This document shows positions 46,411 through 57,384 of a stretch of DNA of 64,000 nucleotides, one piece after another (the stretch's first letter is position 1; the number at the start of each line of letters is the position of its first letter). The DNA comes from Halarcobacter sp. (GTDB lineage Bacteria; Campylobacterota; Campylobacteria; Campylobacterales; Arcobacteraceae): positions 2,592,001 to 2,656,000 of the forward strand of contig OY781089.1 of assembly GCA_963676565.1 (NCBI GenBank), written 5' to 3'. The notes below the pieces were generated by a model. The model searched no databases. It saw only the letters and a list, made by a program, of their open reading frames with translations, and was not told where the DNA came from. A program made the translations under genes and the position numbers.

Positions 46411-47113
46411 TTCTCATATCAATTAACTCTTCTAAATCCTCTTCAATTTTTGCATATGCATTATTGGCATCTTCATAATAAATTTTGTTAAAGTTTTCTT
46501 CATATATCAAGTGGTTTGCTTCAAGATTATTCAATATAGAATAATTTGCAAATGAAGACAAATAATTAACATCAATCACATTTCCACTTGTACCAATAAC
46601 CACCAAAATATCACATTGTTCTAAAATATTATACATAAGTTCATACTTAGGAGCAGCTTCTCCAAAAAATACAATATTTGGCCTCATTTTTGAACCACAA
46701 ATTTTACATTGGCTATTTGTTTCATCTTGCAGTTTATAATCAATATTTACTATATTCTCACATTTGGTACATTTAATCTCTTTTAAAAAACCATGTAAAT
46801 GTATCACATCTTTACAATTTGCTTTTTCAAGTAAGTCATCAACATTTTGAGTAATAACTTCTATTTTTTCGGGATATTTATCTTTTAATCTTGCAATCAT
46901 TTTGTGAGCATTATTAGGTAGTTTTTCTTCAATATCTTTTCTTCTTAAATTATAAAAGTTAATTGTATTTTCATAATTCCAATCTAAGCACCCTGCACTA
47001 CATATCTCATTTATATCATGATTTTCCCACAATCCATCACTATCTCTAAAAGTTGAAATACCACTACTAGCACTAAGTCCTGCACCACTAAAAATTATGA
47101 TTTTATCTCTCAT
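46400..47113 (-). CDS. cobB: Sir2 family NAD-dependent deacylase
   Basis: GAGLSASSGISTFR, TQNVD, HLHG, CxxC pairs, RPNIVFFGE, GTS. Confidence 0.85.
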   Translation of the reverse strand: MRDKIIIFSGAGLSASSGISTFRDSDGLWENHDINEICSAGCLDWNYENTINFYNLRRKDIEEKLPNNAHKMIARLKDKYPEKIEVITQNVDDLLEKANCKDVIHLHGFLKEIKCTKCENIVNIDYKLQDETNSQCKICGSKMRPNIVFFGEAAPKYELMYNILEQCDILVVIGTSGNVIDVNYLSSFANYSILNNLEANHLIYEENFNKIYYEDANNAYAKIEEDLEELIDMRNDD

Positions 47114-47180
47114 AATACCTTCTATTTTTTCTGATATAATACCATTTTTAAAAAATGATATTGTTTAATTAGGATTACAC

Positions 47181-48002
47181 ATGAGAAATATACTTATAAC
47201 TGGATGCTCAAGCGGGATAGGCTTAGAAACTGCAAAAATATTAAAAAAAGAAGGTATAAAAGTATATGCAAGTGCTAGAAAAGAAGAAGATGTAAAAATT
47301 TTAGAAACATTAGGTTTTACTACTTTTTTATTAGATGTTAGAAACAAAGAACAAATTGCTAATGCCTTAGATTCTATTTACAAAAATGACGGAAAAATTG
47401 ATGCAGTTTTTAATAATGCAGGTTTCGGACAACCAGGAGCTGTTGAAGATGTAAGTGTCCCTGTTTTAAGAGAGCAGTTTGAAACAAATGTATTTGGTAT
47501 GCATGAAGTTACATGTCAGGTTCTTCCATATATGAGAAAACAAGGGTACGGAAAAATCATTCAACATAGTTCAGTTTTAGGGATAATTTCACTAAAATTT
47601 AGAGGTGCATACAATGCCTCAAAATATGCTATTGAAGGCTTGGCTGATACCTTGCGACTTGAATTAGCCAATACAAAAATTTTTATCTCTACAATAAATA
47701 CTGGCCCTGTTACAAGTAAGTTTAGGGAAAATGCAGTTAAGAAATTCCAAGAAAATATTAATCAAGAAAATAGTGCTTTTAAAAAAGATTATGAGACACA
47801 GTTAAATGAAAGATTAAATAATGACAAAGATGACACACCATTTAACCTACCCCCATCAGCTGTAGCTGAAAAGATTTTAAAAATAATGAATACAGATAAA
47901 CCAAAACCTAGATACTATGTTACAAAAGCAACATATATCTTAGGTTTTTTCAAAAGAGTTTTATCAACATCCCTTTTAGATTCAATACTAAAAAGAATAT
48001 AA
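47181..48002 (+). CDS. Short-chain dehydrogenase/reductase
   Basis: TGCSSGIG, NNAG, YNASK. Confidence 0.9.
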   Translation: MRNILITGCSSGIGLETAKILKKEGIKVYASARKEEDVKILETLGFTTFLLDVRNKEQIANALDSIYKNDGKIDAVFNNAGFGQPGAVEDVSVPVLREQFETNVFGMHEVTCQVLPYMRKQGYGKIIQHSSVLGIISLKFRGAYNASKYAIEGLADTLRLELANTKIFISTINTGPVTSKFRENAVKKFQENINQENSAFKKDYETQLNERLNNDKDDTPFNLPPSAVAEKILKIMNTDKPKPRYYVTKATYILGFFKRVLSTSLLDSILKRI

Positions 48003-48024
48003 AAAGAGAAAAATCTCTTTTTAT

Positions 48025-49734
48025 CTATTTAGAAAGATATGGTTTACCATAAAATCTAATTGTTAAGAATACCACAGCCAAACTGATTGGTAAAAGGATA
48101 TAAACTGATACACCAAATGCAGCAGGTAAATACCCACAAACTACAGCAACAACACCAACAAATAATGCATAATATAGCTGTGTAGAGATATGGTCCATAT
48201 GATCACAAGAAGAAGCCATAGATGATAAAATTGAAGTATCTGAAATAGGAGAACAATGATCACCAAAAATTGCTCCTGTTAAAACAGCTCCCACATTTAA
48301 AACTATATAGTTATGTAAATCAACACCCTCAAGTCCTGTATTTATTCCAATAGCATTTGCTAAAGGGATTGTAAGAGGCATTAAAATACCCATTGTTCCA
48401 TATGAAGTTCCAGTTGAAAAAGAGATTATAGAACCTAAAATAAAAATCACTGTAGGTAAAATAACTTGTGGTGTTGAATCAGATAATAATTGAACTAAAT
48501 AAGTTGCAGTTCCTAACTCTTTCATTACAGCACTTAAAGACCATGCTAAAATTAAAATAACAGCAGTAATAACAAGTGCCTTTACACCATAAACCCAAGT
48601 TTCAATTGCTTCATGTAAAGAAAATAGTTTTTGTTTAAGTCCCATTGCAATTGCAACAATTGAAGCTAATAATGCCGCTTCGAAAATTACTATAGAAGCA
48701 TCAGCAGCACCAAAAGCATCTCTAATTGAAGCAAAAGAGTATGGATCTGCCTGAACAGCCTTTAAAGCTTCCCCTTCTAAACCAGATACCCCATTTACAT
48801 AAAATCCAACAAAAGCAACAACAATTAAAATTGCAATTGGAATTATCGCATTATACATAGAGTATTTAATACCCTCTTTTGGTAACATATATGAGTTTTC
48901 TTGATTCATTAATTCATTTAATGCTGAATTAGGGTCAGTAACTTCACCTTTATGATGGGCTCTAGTTGCTGCTTTATGCATTGGTCCAAATTCTCTTAAT
49001 GTAATTGCAGAAAATAAAACAAATGCAAGCATTAAAATGTTGTAAAATCTATAAGGTAAAGTTTCTACAAAAATAGCAAAAGCATTTATTTCTGGTTGAC
49101 CAATTACACTATAAGCATCTTTAATCAGCGATAACTCATAACCAACCCAAGTTGAAATCAATGCAAGACCAGCAATAGGAGCAGCAGTAGCATCAATAAT
49201 AAATGCTAATTTTTCCCTTGCAATCTTTAACTTATCTGTAACAGGTCTCATAATTGGCCCAACTACAAGTGAGTTCGCATAATCATCAAAGAATATAAAA
49301 AACCCCATAACCCAAGTATAAAGTTGCGCACTTGCAGGAGTCTTTGCTTTTTTTGCTAGTTTTTCAGCAATAGCCCTAGGACCACCCATTTTAGTTATAA
49401 CTGCAATCATACCACCAATTGTAAGTACTTGTAAAACAATACCTGCATTCCAAGAATCAGCAAGTGAACCTACCATTTTTGATGAAATATCTACAAAAAT
49501 ATTAAAAAATGAAGAAAAGATATTCTCTCCACTAATATTTACAATAAAAGTCCCAGTAAAAATTCCCATAAATAGTGAAAATACTACATTTCTTGTAACA
49601 AAAGCTAATACAATTGCAACAAGAGGAGGAAGTAAGGTAAAAGCTCCATAAACAGATGTACTATCTTTAGTTTCTGCAAAAGATATAAGTGGAACAATAG
49701 CTAATAATAAAAAGATTTTTAGAAATCTACTCAA
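48025..49734 (-). CDS. NhaC family Na+/H+ antiporter-like transporter
   Basis: FFDDYAN, DATAAP, GTSYGTMG, GDHCSPISD. Confidence 0.88.
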   Translation of the reverse strand: MSRFLKIFLLLAIVPLISFAETKDSTSVYGAFTLLPPLVAIVLAFVTRNVVFSLFMGIFTGTFIVNISGENIFSSFFNIFVDISSKMVGSLADSWNAGIVLQVLTIGGMIAVITKMGGPRAIAEKLAKKAKTPASAQLYTWVMGFFIFFDDYANSLVVGPIMRPVTDKLKIAREKLAFIIDATAAPIAGLALISTWVGYELSLIKDAYSVIGQPEINAFAIFVETLPYRFYNILMLAFVLFSAITLREFGPMHKAATRAHHKGEVTDPNSALNELMNQENSYMLPKEGIKYSMYNAIIPIAILIVVAFVGFYVNGVSGLEGEALKAVQADPYSFASIRDAFGAADASIVIFEAALLASIVAIAMGLKQKLFSLHEAIETWVYGVKALVITAVILILAWSLSAVMKELGTATYLVQLLSDSTPQVILPTVIFILGSIISFSTGTSYGTMGILMPLTIPLANAIGINTGLEGVDLHNYIVLNVGAVLTGAIFGDHCSPISDTSILSSMASSCDHMDHISTQLYYALFVGVVAVVCGYLPAAFGVSVYILLPISLAVVFLTIRFYGKPYLSK

Positions 49735-49826
49735 TTTAAATCCTTCAATAAAATTTTGAAGGTGAAATTATATAAAAAAATTGCTTTAAAGTTTCATATA
49801 AATTACATTTGTGTTTAAAGTATTTA

Positions 49827-50627
49827 TTAAGTTTGTTGAATCTCTTTTGTATTTGCTTTTTGTTGTAAAAAATCAGATATTTGCATTAAACAAAAAGTAA
49901 CTATAAATATCATCAGACCAGGGAAAAAACTAACCCACCAAGCAATATCAATTACAGCTTTCCCATCACTTAATAAACTACCCCAAGACATTTGAGGAGG
50001 ATTAATTCCAAGACCTAAAAAAGAAAGCCCTGATTCAGCTAAAATTGCCCCTCCAACTCCAAAGGTAAAAGATATCAAAAATATTGGAGCTAAAAGTGGT
50101 GCAAAATATTTGAAGATTATTTTGATTTTTGAAACATTTGCAAGTTTTAAAATCTTTATAAAAGGTTTATTTCCAATTGCAAAACTCTCACTTCTAATAA
50201 GTCTAGCCATCCCCATCCAGCCAGTTATTGAAATCACTATTATCAAAACTAAAGCTGATGCTTGTATATATGAAACAAGTGCAAGAAGTAAAAAGAAAGT
50301 TGGAAACGTTAAGAAAAGATCAATTAATATTGTAATCCCTTTATCAATATTTCCTCTGAAATACCCTGCATTAATTCCAATAAAAAGTCCAACTAGTGAA
50401 GCAATAGCTGCACTTAAGAAACCTATTATAAGTGAAGTTTGACCCCCATTTAAGATTCTAGCAAGAACATCACGCCCAAGTCTATCAGTACCAAAAAGGT
50501 GGTTAAAAGAAGGTGCTTCAAGTATTCTTGCAGGATTTAATTCATAGGGTGATACAGTATAAAAAAACGGCATAAAAAATACCAATAAAATCAAAGATAT
50601 TAAAATATATGATGCCGCTTTTACCAT
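49827..50627 (-). CDS. Peptide/nickel ABC transporter permease (DppC-like)
   Basis: HLFGTDRLGRD, ESGLSFLGLG, SWG. Confidence 0.88.
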   Translation of the reverse strand: MVKAASYILISLILLVFFMPFFYTVSPYELNPARILEAPSFNHLFGTDRLGRDVLARILNGGQTSLIIGFLSAAIASLVGLFIGINAGYFRGNIDKGITILIDLFLTFPTFFLLLALVSYIQASALVLIIVISITGWMGMARLIRSESFAIGNKPFIKILKLANVSKIKIIFKYFAPLLAPIFLISFTFGVGGAILAESGLSFLGLGINPPQMSWGSLLSDGKAVIDIAWWVSFFPGLMIFIVTFCLMQISDFLQQKANTKEIQQT

Positions 50628-50629
50628 TT

Positions 50630-51226
50630 TTATTCTTCTCTTAAACTAAAGTATGAAAGTGAGCTCTTACCAAATTTTTTCGTTTTATCAAGTGAAAACT
50701 TACCTAAAGTTTCTGGTATTTCTAAAGTACTTACATGTTCAACTATTATCATATAAATATTTTCATTTTCAAAATTTTCAATCATTTCAAATGATTTCTT
50801 ATAAATATCTTCCATGCCATCTCGAAAATCAAATGGTGGATCGATATAAACGATAAGTTCATCATCACTGTTTTTTAAACTATTTATAATAGAAGGTGTT
50901 TGAACAAAAGTATCACCCATCATAGTTTGACATGATTCAGGCTCAATTGCTTTACAGTTTTTTGTTAATATTTTATATGAGTTTTTATCAAGTTCTACAA
51001 AAAATGATTTTTTTGCACCTCTACTAATAGCTTCAAGTCCAATGCTTCCACTTCCAGCAAAGCTTTCTATAAAAATTTTTTCTATTATGTCAAATTGCAA
51101 AACATTAAAAAGTGACTCTTTTAACCTTGCTTTTGAGCTTCTAGTAACATCTAATGAAGGTAATTCTAAAACTTTACCTTTATATTTTCCTGCAATAATT
51201 TTTGTAGTTGGTTTATTGTTTTTCAT
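50630..51226 (-). CDS. rsmD: 16S rRNA m2G966 methyltransferase
   Basis: IIAGKYKG, FAGSGSIGLEAISRGA, DPPF. Confidence 0.9.
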   Translation of the reverse strand: MKNNKPTTKIIAGKYKGKVLELPSLDVTRSSKARLKESLFNVLQFDIIEKIFIESFAGSGSIGLEAISRGAKKSFFVELDKNSYKILTKNCKAIEPESCQTMMGDTFVQTPSIINSLKNSDDELIVYIDPPFDFRDGMEDIYKKSFEMIENFENENIYMIIVEHVSTLEIPETLGKFSLDKTKKFGKSSLSYFSLREE

Positions 51227-51379
51227 AATTCTCTTATTGTATAAATTTTTTCGTATTATAGTTAAACTTTGTTGAGGGTTTAATTTGAAATGATTATTGT
51301 TAAACTTGAGTTAATATTGAGTTTAACTTTCGTAATTTTAATAATATAGAATTTTATCATTAAAAAAGGAAGGACTATA

Positions 51380-51868
51380 ATGAAAAATTTTAAGATAAGA
51401 GACTATGCAACATCTTTTACAACATTGATGTTTTTGGTAATTGGGATAAGTGGAATTATGATGTATTTTCACTTTTATGATAAATATATAAAAGAATTAC
51501 ATGAGATTATAGGTTTAGTTTTTGTTACCGTTGCTTTATTCCATGTTTTAGCAAATTGGAAAGCTATGAAAAACTATTTTTCAAAAAAGGTGTTTTTATT
51601 TGCTGTAGCAAGTACTATTGTAGTTAGTTCAGTATTTGTAATAAATAGTTTAGGGAAGGGAGATAACCCAAAAAAAATGTTAATCGGAAAAGTTTTAAAT
51701 ACTCCAACAACTATCTCTTTTAAACTATTAAATGGGGATTATGAAAAAGCCATTGAAAAATTGAAAGCTCAAAATATAATTGTAAGTGAAGGAAAATCGA
51801 TAAACGCTATAGCAAAAGAAAACAATACTAGTCCATTTAGAATAGTTTCAATTATCACAACTAACTAA
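51380..51868 (+). CDS. DUF4405-like membrane protein
   Basis: ISGIMM, LHEIIG, FHVLANW (His-containing TM segments). Confidence 0.65.
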   Translation: MKNFKIRDYATSFTTLMFLVIGISGIMMYFHFYDKYIKELHEIIGLVFVTVALFHVLANWKAMKNYFSKKVFLFAVASTIVVSSVFVINSLGKGDNPKKMLIGKVLNTPTTISFKLLNGDYEKAIEKLKAQNIIVSEGKSINAIAKENNTSPFRIVSIITTN

Positions 51869-51932
51869 ATTTTGTAATCAAACCCATACCTTTTTTAGAT
51901 AAAATTACGCGATTTTATACAAAAGGTTATTC

Positions 51933-52445
51933 TTGCCAAAAAAAAGATTGAAAAAGATTTTACCAAGTCATGAAAAAATAAAAGGACAAAGATTTTTAAA
52001 AATATTTGGAAAACTTTTAGATAATAAAGATTTATGGAGTTTGTCTAGAAAAAAGGTTTTAGGTGGAGTTTTTATTGGAATTTTCGTAGCTTGTTTACCA
52101 ATGCCCTTACAAATGGTACTTGCTACATTTTTAGCAATTATATTTAGTGTAAACCTTCCCCTAAGCTTTGCACTAATATTTATTAGTAATCCAATTACAA
52201 TGCCTCCATTATTTTATTTTGAATACCAAATTGGAAAACTATTAATAAATCCACAAAACCCTGTAAAATTTGAGTTTGATTCTATGTATGATAACTTTGG
52301 AGATATTGCATTATGCCTTTGGAGTGGAGCTTTAGTTGTAGGAATATTTTCAAGTGTTGTATGTGTTGTAATTGTCAATTTTCTTTGGATTTATACTGTT
52401 AAAAAGAATAGGAAAAATGGTTTTAAATTAGTGTCAAAAAAATAA
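51933..52445 (+). CDS. DUF2062 family membrane protein
   Basis: PMPLQM, NLP, SNPITMPP. Confidence 0.8.
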   Translation: MPKKRLKKILPSHEKIKGQRFLKIFGKLLDNKDLWSLSRKKVLGGVFIGIFVACLPMPLQMVLATFLAIIFSVNLPLSFALIFISNPITMPPLFYFEYQIGKLLINPQNPVKFEFDSMYDNFGDIALCLWSGALVVGIFSSVVCVVIVNFLWIYTVKKNRKNGFKLVSKK

Positions 52446-52452
52446 GTTTTTT

Positions 52453-52594
52453 ATAGGCAAGAGAAGCTTTAAATTTTTGTTTTAATTAAGGCGAATGAAA
52501 AAATTTAAGTGGGAGCTTACATCAAGTAAGTGAGTACTTAAATTTTTTCGTTCAACGCAAAGTAAAGCTAAAAGATGAAGCTTATCTTGCGTAT
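52453..52594. repeat. Long imperfect palindromic element overlapping the rny stop
   Basis: Arms ATAGGCAAGAGAAGCTT/AAGCTTATCTTGCGTAT, AAAAATTTAAGT/ACTTAAATTTTT, CTTAC/GTAAG. Confidence 0.7.
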
Positions 52595-54129
52595 GATTGA
52601 GCTCGTAGCTCTCGAATTACATTAACTTTAATTTCCCCTGGATATTGAACTTTTTCTTCAATCTCTTGGGCAATCTCTGTTGCTAGTAACACAGCTTCGT
52701 CATCATTTACTAACTCAGCTTTTACTATTACTCTAACTTCTCTTCCAGCGTTAATTGCATAGGCATTAATAACACCAGTTTTACTAGTTGAAATATTTTC
52801 AACCTCTTCTACTCTTTTTAAGAAGCTTTCTAAAACTTCTCTTCTCGCACCTGGTCTTGCTGCACTAAGTGCATCAGCAGCACATACAGCAGCTGATTCT
52901 ACATTGATTGGTTCCTCATGACCATGGTGAGCATAAACTGCATTAATAACAGTTGGTGGCTCATCATATCTTTTACAGATTTCTGCACCTAAATCAACAT
53001 GGCTACCTGGCATATCATGAGTTAATGCTTTACCAATATCATGTAAAATACCAGCACGTCTAGCTAATACAGTATCTCCTCCCATTTGAGCGGCAATAAG
53101 TCCAGCTAAGTTTGCAACTTCTAAAGTATGTTTTAATGCGTTTTGACCATAAGAAGCTCTATATCTTAATCTACCAATTAATTTAATAAGTTCTGGATGC
53201 ATAGATTTAATTCCTAGCTCCATAATAACATCTTCACCCTCTTTTAAGATGTTTTTATCAAATTCCGTTTTAACCTTATTATAAATCTCTTCGATTCTTG
53301 CAGGTTGAATTCTTCCATCTTCAAGTAATTCTTGAATAGTTCTTGTTGCAATAGCTCTTCTATATAGATTAAATGAAGAGATTGTGATTGTATTTGGAGT
53401 ATCATCGATAATAATATCAACACCTAATAACATCTCTAGAGCTTTTATATTTCGCCCCTCTTTACCAATAATTTTACCTTTTGTTTCTTCATCAGATAAT
53501 GGTAGATTATTGATAAGTCTTTCAGCTGCAAATTCACCAGCATATCTTGTAACAGCTTGAGAAAGGATATTGTTAATTTCCTCTTTAGATTTTTGCTCTG
53601 CTAGTTTATATTTTTTTCTGAAAATCGATGCAATTTGAGCCCTTGAGTCTTCTTTTACTTTCTCAATCATCAGCTCTTTTGCTTCCTCTTGAGTAAGACC
53701 TGAAGAGTTTTCTAATACTTTAATTGCCTTAGCAATCTTTTCTTCAAAAGTTTTTTGCTGTCTTTTTAAACCCTCTTTTAAAGTAGTTATTTTTTCATTT
53801 TTTTCAACAATTTCCGCTTTTTGTTCTTTGATTATTCTTAGCTCAGATTCTAAATGATGATTTAATTCTTTCTCTTTCTTCTCTATTTGAGAAAGCATCT
53901 CATCATATTCTCTCTTTGCAGCCTTAAATTCCCTGTCGTAATCTTTTTTAGCTTTAATTTGTGCATCTTTTAAAACAACTTCAGCTTCATGCTCAATCAC
54001 TTTTGCTTTTGCTTTTGCTTGTTCAATATAGATGTCAAATTTTGCTTTGTTTATTTTCTTTAATACATATATTGTTATTGCTACACTTAGTATTGCAACA
54101 ACTATAGCGACTATCACTGTTGTCATCAT
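52582..54129 (-). CDS. rny: Ribonuclease Y
   Basis: N-terminal TM segment, coiled coil, KH domain (IIGKEGRNI), HD domain (LHDIGKA), SAARPGAR. Confidence 0.96.
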   Translation of the reverse strand: MMTTVIVAIVVAILSVAITIYVLKKINKAKFDIYIEQAKAKAKVIEHEAEVVLKDAQIKAKKDYDREFKAAKREYDEMLSQIEKKEKELNHHLESELRIIKEQKAEIVEKNEKITTLKEGLKRQQKTFEEKIAKAIKVLENSSGLTQEEAKELMIEKVKEDSRAQIASIFRKKYKLAEQKSKEEINNILSQAVTRYAGEFAAERLINNLPLSDEETKGKIIGKEGRNIKALEMLLGVDIIIDDTPNTITISSFNLYRRAIATRTIQELLEDGRIQPARIEEIYNKVKTEFDKNILKEGEDVIMELGIKSMHPELIKLIGRLRYRASYGQNALKHTLEVANLAGLIAAQMGGDTVLARRAGILHDIGKALTHDMPGSHVDLGAEICKRYDEPPTVINAVYAHHGHEEPINVESAAVCAADALSAARPGARREVLESFLKRVEEVENISTSKTGVINAYAINAGREVRVIVKAELVNDDEAVLLATEIAQEIEEKVQYPGEIKVNVIRELRAQSYAR

Positions 54130-54139
54130 GGTATTTACC

Positions 54140-54676
54140 TTAACTTGTAATTATATAGTCGGCTTGAATATCGTATTGATTAGATAGTTTTTTATCTGAT
54201 TTACAAAGTGTTAATTGAGTAAAAACAATTACAGGTTTATAGTCCAACCTATCGAAAAACCTGTCATACATTCCTTTTCCAAAACCAATTCTTTTACACT
54301 CTTTATCAACTCCAACAACAGGCACTATTGCTAGATCGATTTTAAAATTTTTGCAAAATGAATTATTTGGTTCTTTAATACCAAACTTTTTTTTATGTAA
54401 TGGTAATCTATATCTTACTAATTTAAAACTGTCCTCAACCATAAAGGGAACAAAAACATTAGTTTTTGTTTTCCTTAGTTCGTTTATTAATGGAAGTACG
54501 TTTACTTCCATACCCATTGGAATATATAACAAAATGTTTTTAGGTTTATAACTATTTATAAAACTTTTAATTTTTTTTACTGTTTTTTTATCTTTGTAGA
54601 ATTTTAAAAAACGGCTTTGAAATTCTAATCTTTTAATACACGATTTTCTAAAATCACTCTTGTGATCCCTCATCAT
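54140..54676 (-). CDS. 5-formyltetrahydrofolate cyclo-ligase
   Basis: FGIKEP, IVPVVG, RIGFGKGMYDR. Confidence 0.88.
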   Translation of the reverse strand: MMRDHKSDFRKSCIKRLEFQSRFLKFYKDKKTVKKIKSFINSYKPKNILLYIPMGMEVNVLPLINELRKTKTNVFVPFMVEDSFKLVRYRLPLHKKKFGIKEPNNSFCKNFKIDLAIVPVVGVDKECKRIGFGKGMYDRFFDRLDYKPVIVFTQLTLCKSDKKLSNQYDIQADYIITS

Positions 54677-54736
54677 ATTTAAGCCTTACTTGGGTAAAAT
54701 TCTTACCTTAAAATATTTTACCCATAAGGAATTAAA

Positions 54737-55309
54737 ATGCAGTTTAAAAAATTACTTTTTTTAATAATTTCTGCCACGCTGCTACTAATTGGATGCGACT
54801 CTAAAGATGAAAATACAAGTAAGGCTGGAACTGAAACATCAACTCAAAAAGAGATACAAACAAAATATCAACTAGAAACATTAGGTGAAGCACCTATCAA
54901 TTTAACTTATAAAAATGAAACACTAAAAATTGATGAGATTCAAGGAAAAGTTATACTTGTTAATTTTTTTGCTACTTGGTGTCCACCTTGTAAAGCAGAG
55001 ATTCCACATTTAATAAATTTAAAAAATAAGTATAAAGATAATTTTGAAATTATTGCTGTAAATGTAGGTGAAAAAAGTGGACAATTAACAGAGAAAACAA
55101 CTCTAACTAATTTTGTAAATGAATATAAAATTAATTACACAGTTACAAACTCTGAAAACAATTTTAAAATTGCAGAATTAATGGGTGGAGTTAGAATAAT
55201 TCCAACTATGTATCTTTTTGATCCAAAGGGAACTATTGTTCAAAAATATGTAGGTATTGTTCCAGAAGAGATGCTAGAAACAGATATTATAAAAGCTTTA
55301 GGAAAATAA
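54737..55309 (+). CDS. TlpA-family thiol-disulfide oxidoreductase lipoprotein
   Basis: Lipobox LIGC, NFFATWCPPCKAEIP. Confidence 0.9.
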   Translation: MQFKKLLFLIISATLLLIGCDSKDENTSKAGTETSTQKEIQTKYQLETLGEAPINLTYKNETLKIDEIQGKVILVNFFATWCPPCKAEIPHLINLKNKYKDNFEIIAVNVGEKSGQLTEKTTLTNFVNEYKINYTVTNSENNFKIAELMGGVRIIPTMYLFDPKGTIVQKYVGIVPEEMLETDIIKALGK

Positions 55310-55311
55310 AT

Positions 55312-56397
55312 ATGTTTAGTTTTTTCAAGAAAAAAGATAAAAAAGATGAAGAGATTGTTGAGAAAGAACTTCAAGAAAAAGAACTAAAAGAGCAAGAGTC
55401 TAAACAAGATGAACTTCCAGAAGAAAAAGTTGTAGAGACAATTGAAGAAATTATTCAAGAAGAACCAAAACAAGAAGAGATTAAAGAAGAGACGCAAAAA
55501 GAAGAAGAGAATGTAGCTTCAAAGAGCTTTTTCTCAAGAGCTTTATCAAAAACCTTTGAAAATATTAAATCTGTAGTACCACAAAGACAAGAAAAAATTG
55601 CCTTTGATGATATTGAAGAGCTTTTAATTGAATCAGATATGGAATATGAAATCATCGAAAAAGCGATGGATGGACTTCCTGAAATGATTACAAGAAAACA
55701 ATTAAGACACAGACTTGTAATGTTATTTGAACATGCTCCTGATGTAGATCTTTCAAATTTACCTAAACCTTTTGTAAGATTAATCATTGGTGTTAATGGT
55801 GCAGGAAAAACAACAACAATTGCAAAACTTGCTAATAAAAGTAAAAAAGAAGGTAAATCTGTACTTCTTGGAGCGGGCGATACATTTAGAGCTGCTGCCA
55901 TTGAACAATTAGATACTTGGGCAACAAAATTAAATGTTCCAATTGTAAAAACTAAACAAGGTCATGATGCAAGTGCTGTTGCATATGATACTATTTCTTC
56001 AGCTATAGCAAAAGATATTGACAATGTTATTATTGACACAGCTGGGAGATTACAAACACAAACAAATTTAAGTAATGAGCTTAAAAAGATTGTAAAAGTT
56101 TGTGGAAAAGCTATGGAAAATGCACCCCACCAAAAACTAATGATTTTAGATGGAACTCAAGGAAACTCAGCAATAGCACAAGCTAAAGCTTTTAATGAGA
56201 TGATAGGGATTGATGGAATTATTGTTACAAAACTTGATGGTACAGCAAAAGGTGGAGCACTTTTCTCTATTTCAAATCAGTTAGAACTTCCTATCTTTTT
56301 TGTAGGTACTGGTGAAACTGCTGATGACTTAATGCAATTTAGTCCTGATAACTTTGTTGATTCAATATTAGATGAAATATATCCAGAAGAAAACTAA
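55312..56397 (+). CDS. ftsY: Signal recognition particle receptor FtsY
   Basis: Acidic N-terminus, GVNGAGKTTT, DTFRAAA, DTAGR, TKLDGTAKGG. Confidence 0.96.
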   Translation: MFSFFKKKDKKDEEIVEKELQEKELKEQESKQDELPEEKVVETIEEIIQEEPKQEEIKEETQKEEENVASKSFFSRALSKTFENIKSVVPQRQEKIAFDDIEELLIESDMEYEIIEKAMDGLPEMITRKQLRHRLVMLFEHAPDVDLSNLPKPFVRLIIGVNGAGKTTTIAKLANKSKKEGKSVLLGAGDTFRAAAIEQLDTWATKLNVPIVKTKQGHDASAVAYDTISSAIAKDIDNVIIDTAGRLQTQTNLSNELKKIVKVCGKAMENAPHQKLMILDGTQGNSAIAQAKAFNEMIGIDGIIVTKLDGTAKGGALFSISNQLELPIFFVGTGETADDLMQFSPDNFVDSILDEIYPEEN

Positions 56398-56402
56398 GAT
56401 AT

Positions 56403-57191
56403 ATGGATAAAACTATTAACTTTTTTGTTACAAAAGAACTTGAAGAATCTGTTCTAAATGAAATAAAAGTTAACAATAAAGAGATAATAAAACACACATA
56501 TAATGATGAAACCATTTGGATAAAAAGACCAAGGGCAACTAAATCAAATATCTTTCACAAAATGGCATATTCTTTAACAAATATAAAAGGACTTATGCCA
56601 GTTGAAAGTAAAACAAAAGAACAAACTTTAATCCATGAGGTTTCAAAACTACAAAGACTAAAAGAAAAAAGAATCAATGTTCCTAAAGTTTTAGGATGTA
56701 ATAGTGAAGTTTTTGTTTTAGAAGATAATGGTATAACAATAAAAAGTTTTTTAAGAAATAAAGAACTTGAAAAAACTGTTTTTGAAAATAGATTAAAAGA
56801 TACACTAAACCTACTAATAAAAATCCACAATAATGATGAATACCACGGTGGTCCACAAGTAAAAAACTACACTTTTAAAGATGGTGTTGTAAGTGCTATT
56901 GACTTTGAAGATAGCTTTGATAAAAGCTTTAAACTAGAATATATTCAATTTAGAGATTTCTTCTTGTTTTTATTCTCACTTACAGAATTAAAAAAAGATA
57001 TTGACTACAAAGAGATTATTGATATTTACATGAAAGAAACAAAAAAAGAAGGTATTGATAAAGAGTTAAAATCAATTGCTTTAAAATTAAGATTTTTAAC
57101 TAAAATTATTGAAAACAAACTCTTTTATAATCTATTTTTTGATGATGTAATTAATACTTATAAATTAGTGAAAACCTTACAGAAACTTTAA
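56403..57191 (+). CDS. Kinase-like fold protein (Kdo/InaA/Bud32-like)
   Basis: IWIKR, VPKVL, HGGPQVKN, IDFE. Confidence 0.55.
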   Translation: MDKTINFFVTKELEESVLNEIKVNNKEIIKHTYNDETIWIKRPRATKSNIFHKMAYSLTNIKGLMPVESKTKEQTLIHEVSKLQRLKEKRINVPKVLGCNSEVFVLEDNGITIKSFLRNKELEKTVFENRLKDTLNLLIKIHNNDEYHGGPQVKNYTFKDGVVSAIDFEDSFDKSFKLEYIQFRDFFLFLFSLTELKKDIDYKEIIDIYMKETKKEGIDKELKSIALKLRFLTKIIENKLFYNLFFDDVINTYKLVKTLQKL

Positions 57192-57384
57192 AGATATTAT
57201 TAAACTCCTTGCTATTTGAATTTTTTTCAGATATAGTGTACTCACTTAAAGAAAAAATTAGTACTTATTCATTGTTTGCTTTTTATTAACATCTATGTTG
57301 ACACTTATCTCTCATATAATTTACAATCTGGTTTAACTTTACTAAAACTTCACATATGAAGTAAACATATATAAAAGGATTTCT

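Noticed and set aside
54677..54736. 6S RNA upstream of the 5-FCL gene
   Set aside because: The intergenic space is only 60 bp, too short for 6S RNA.
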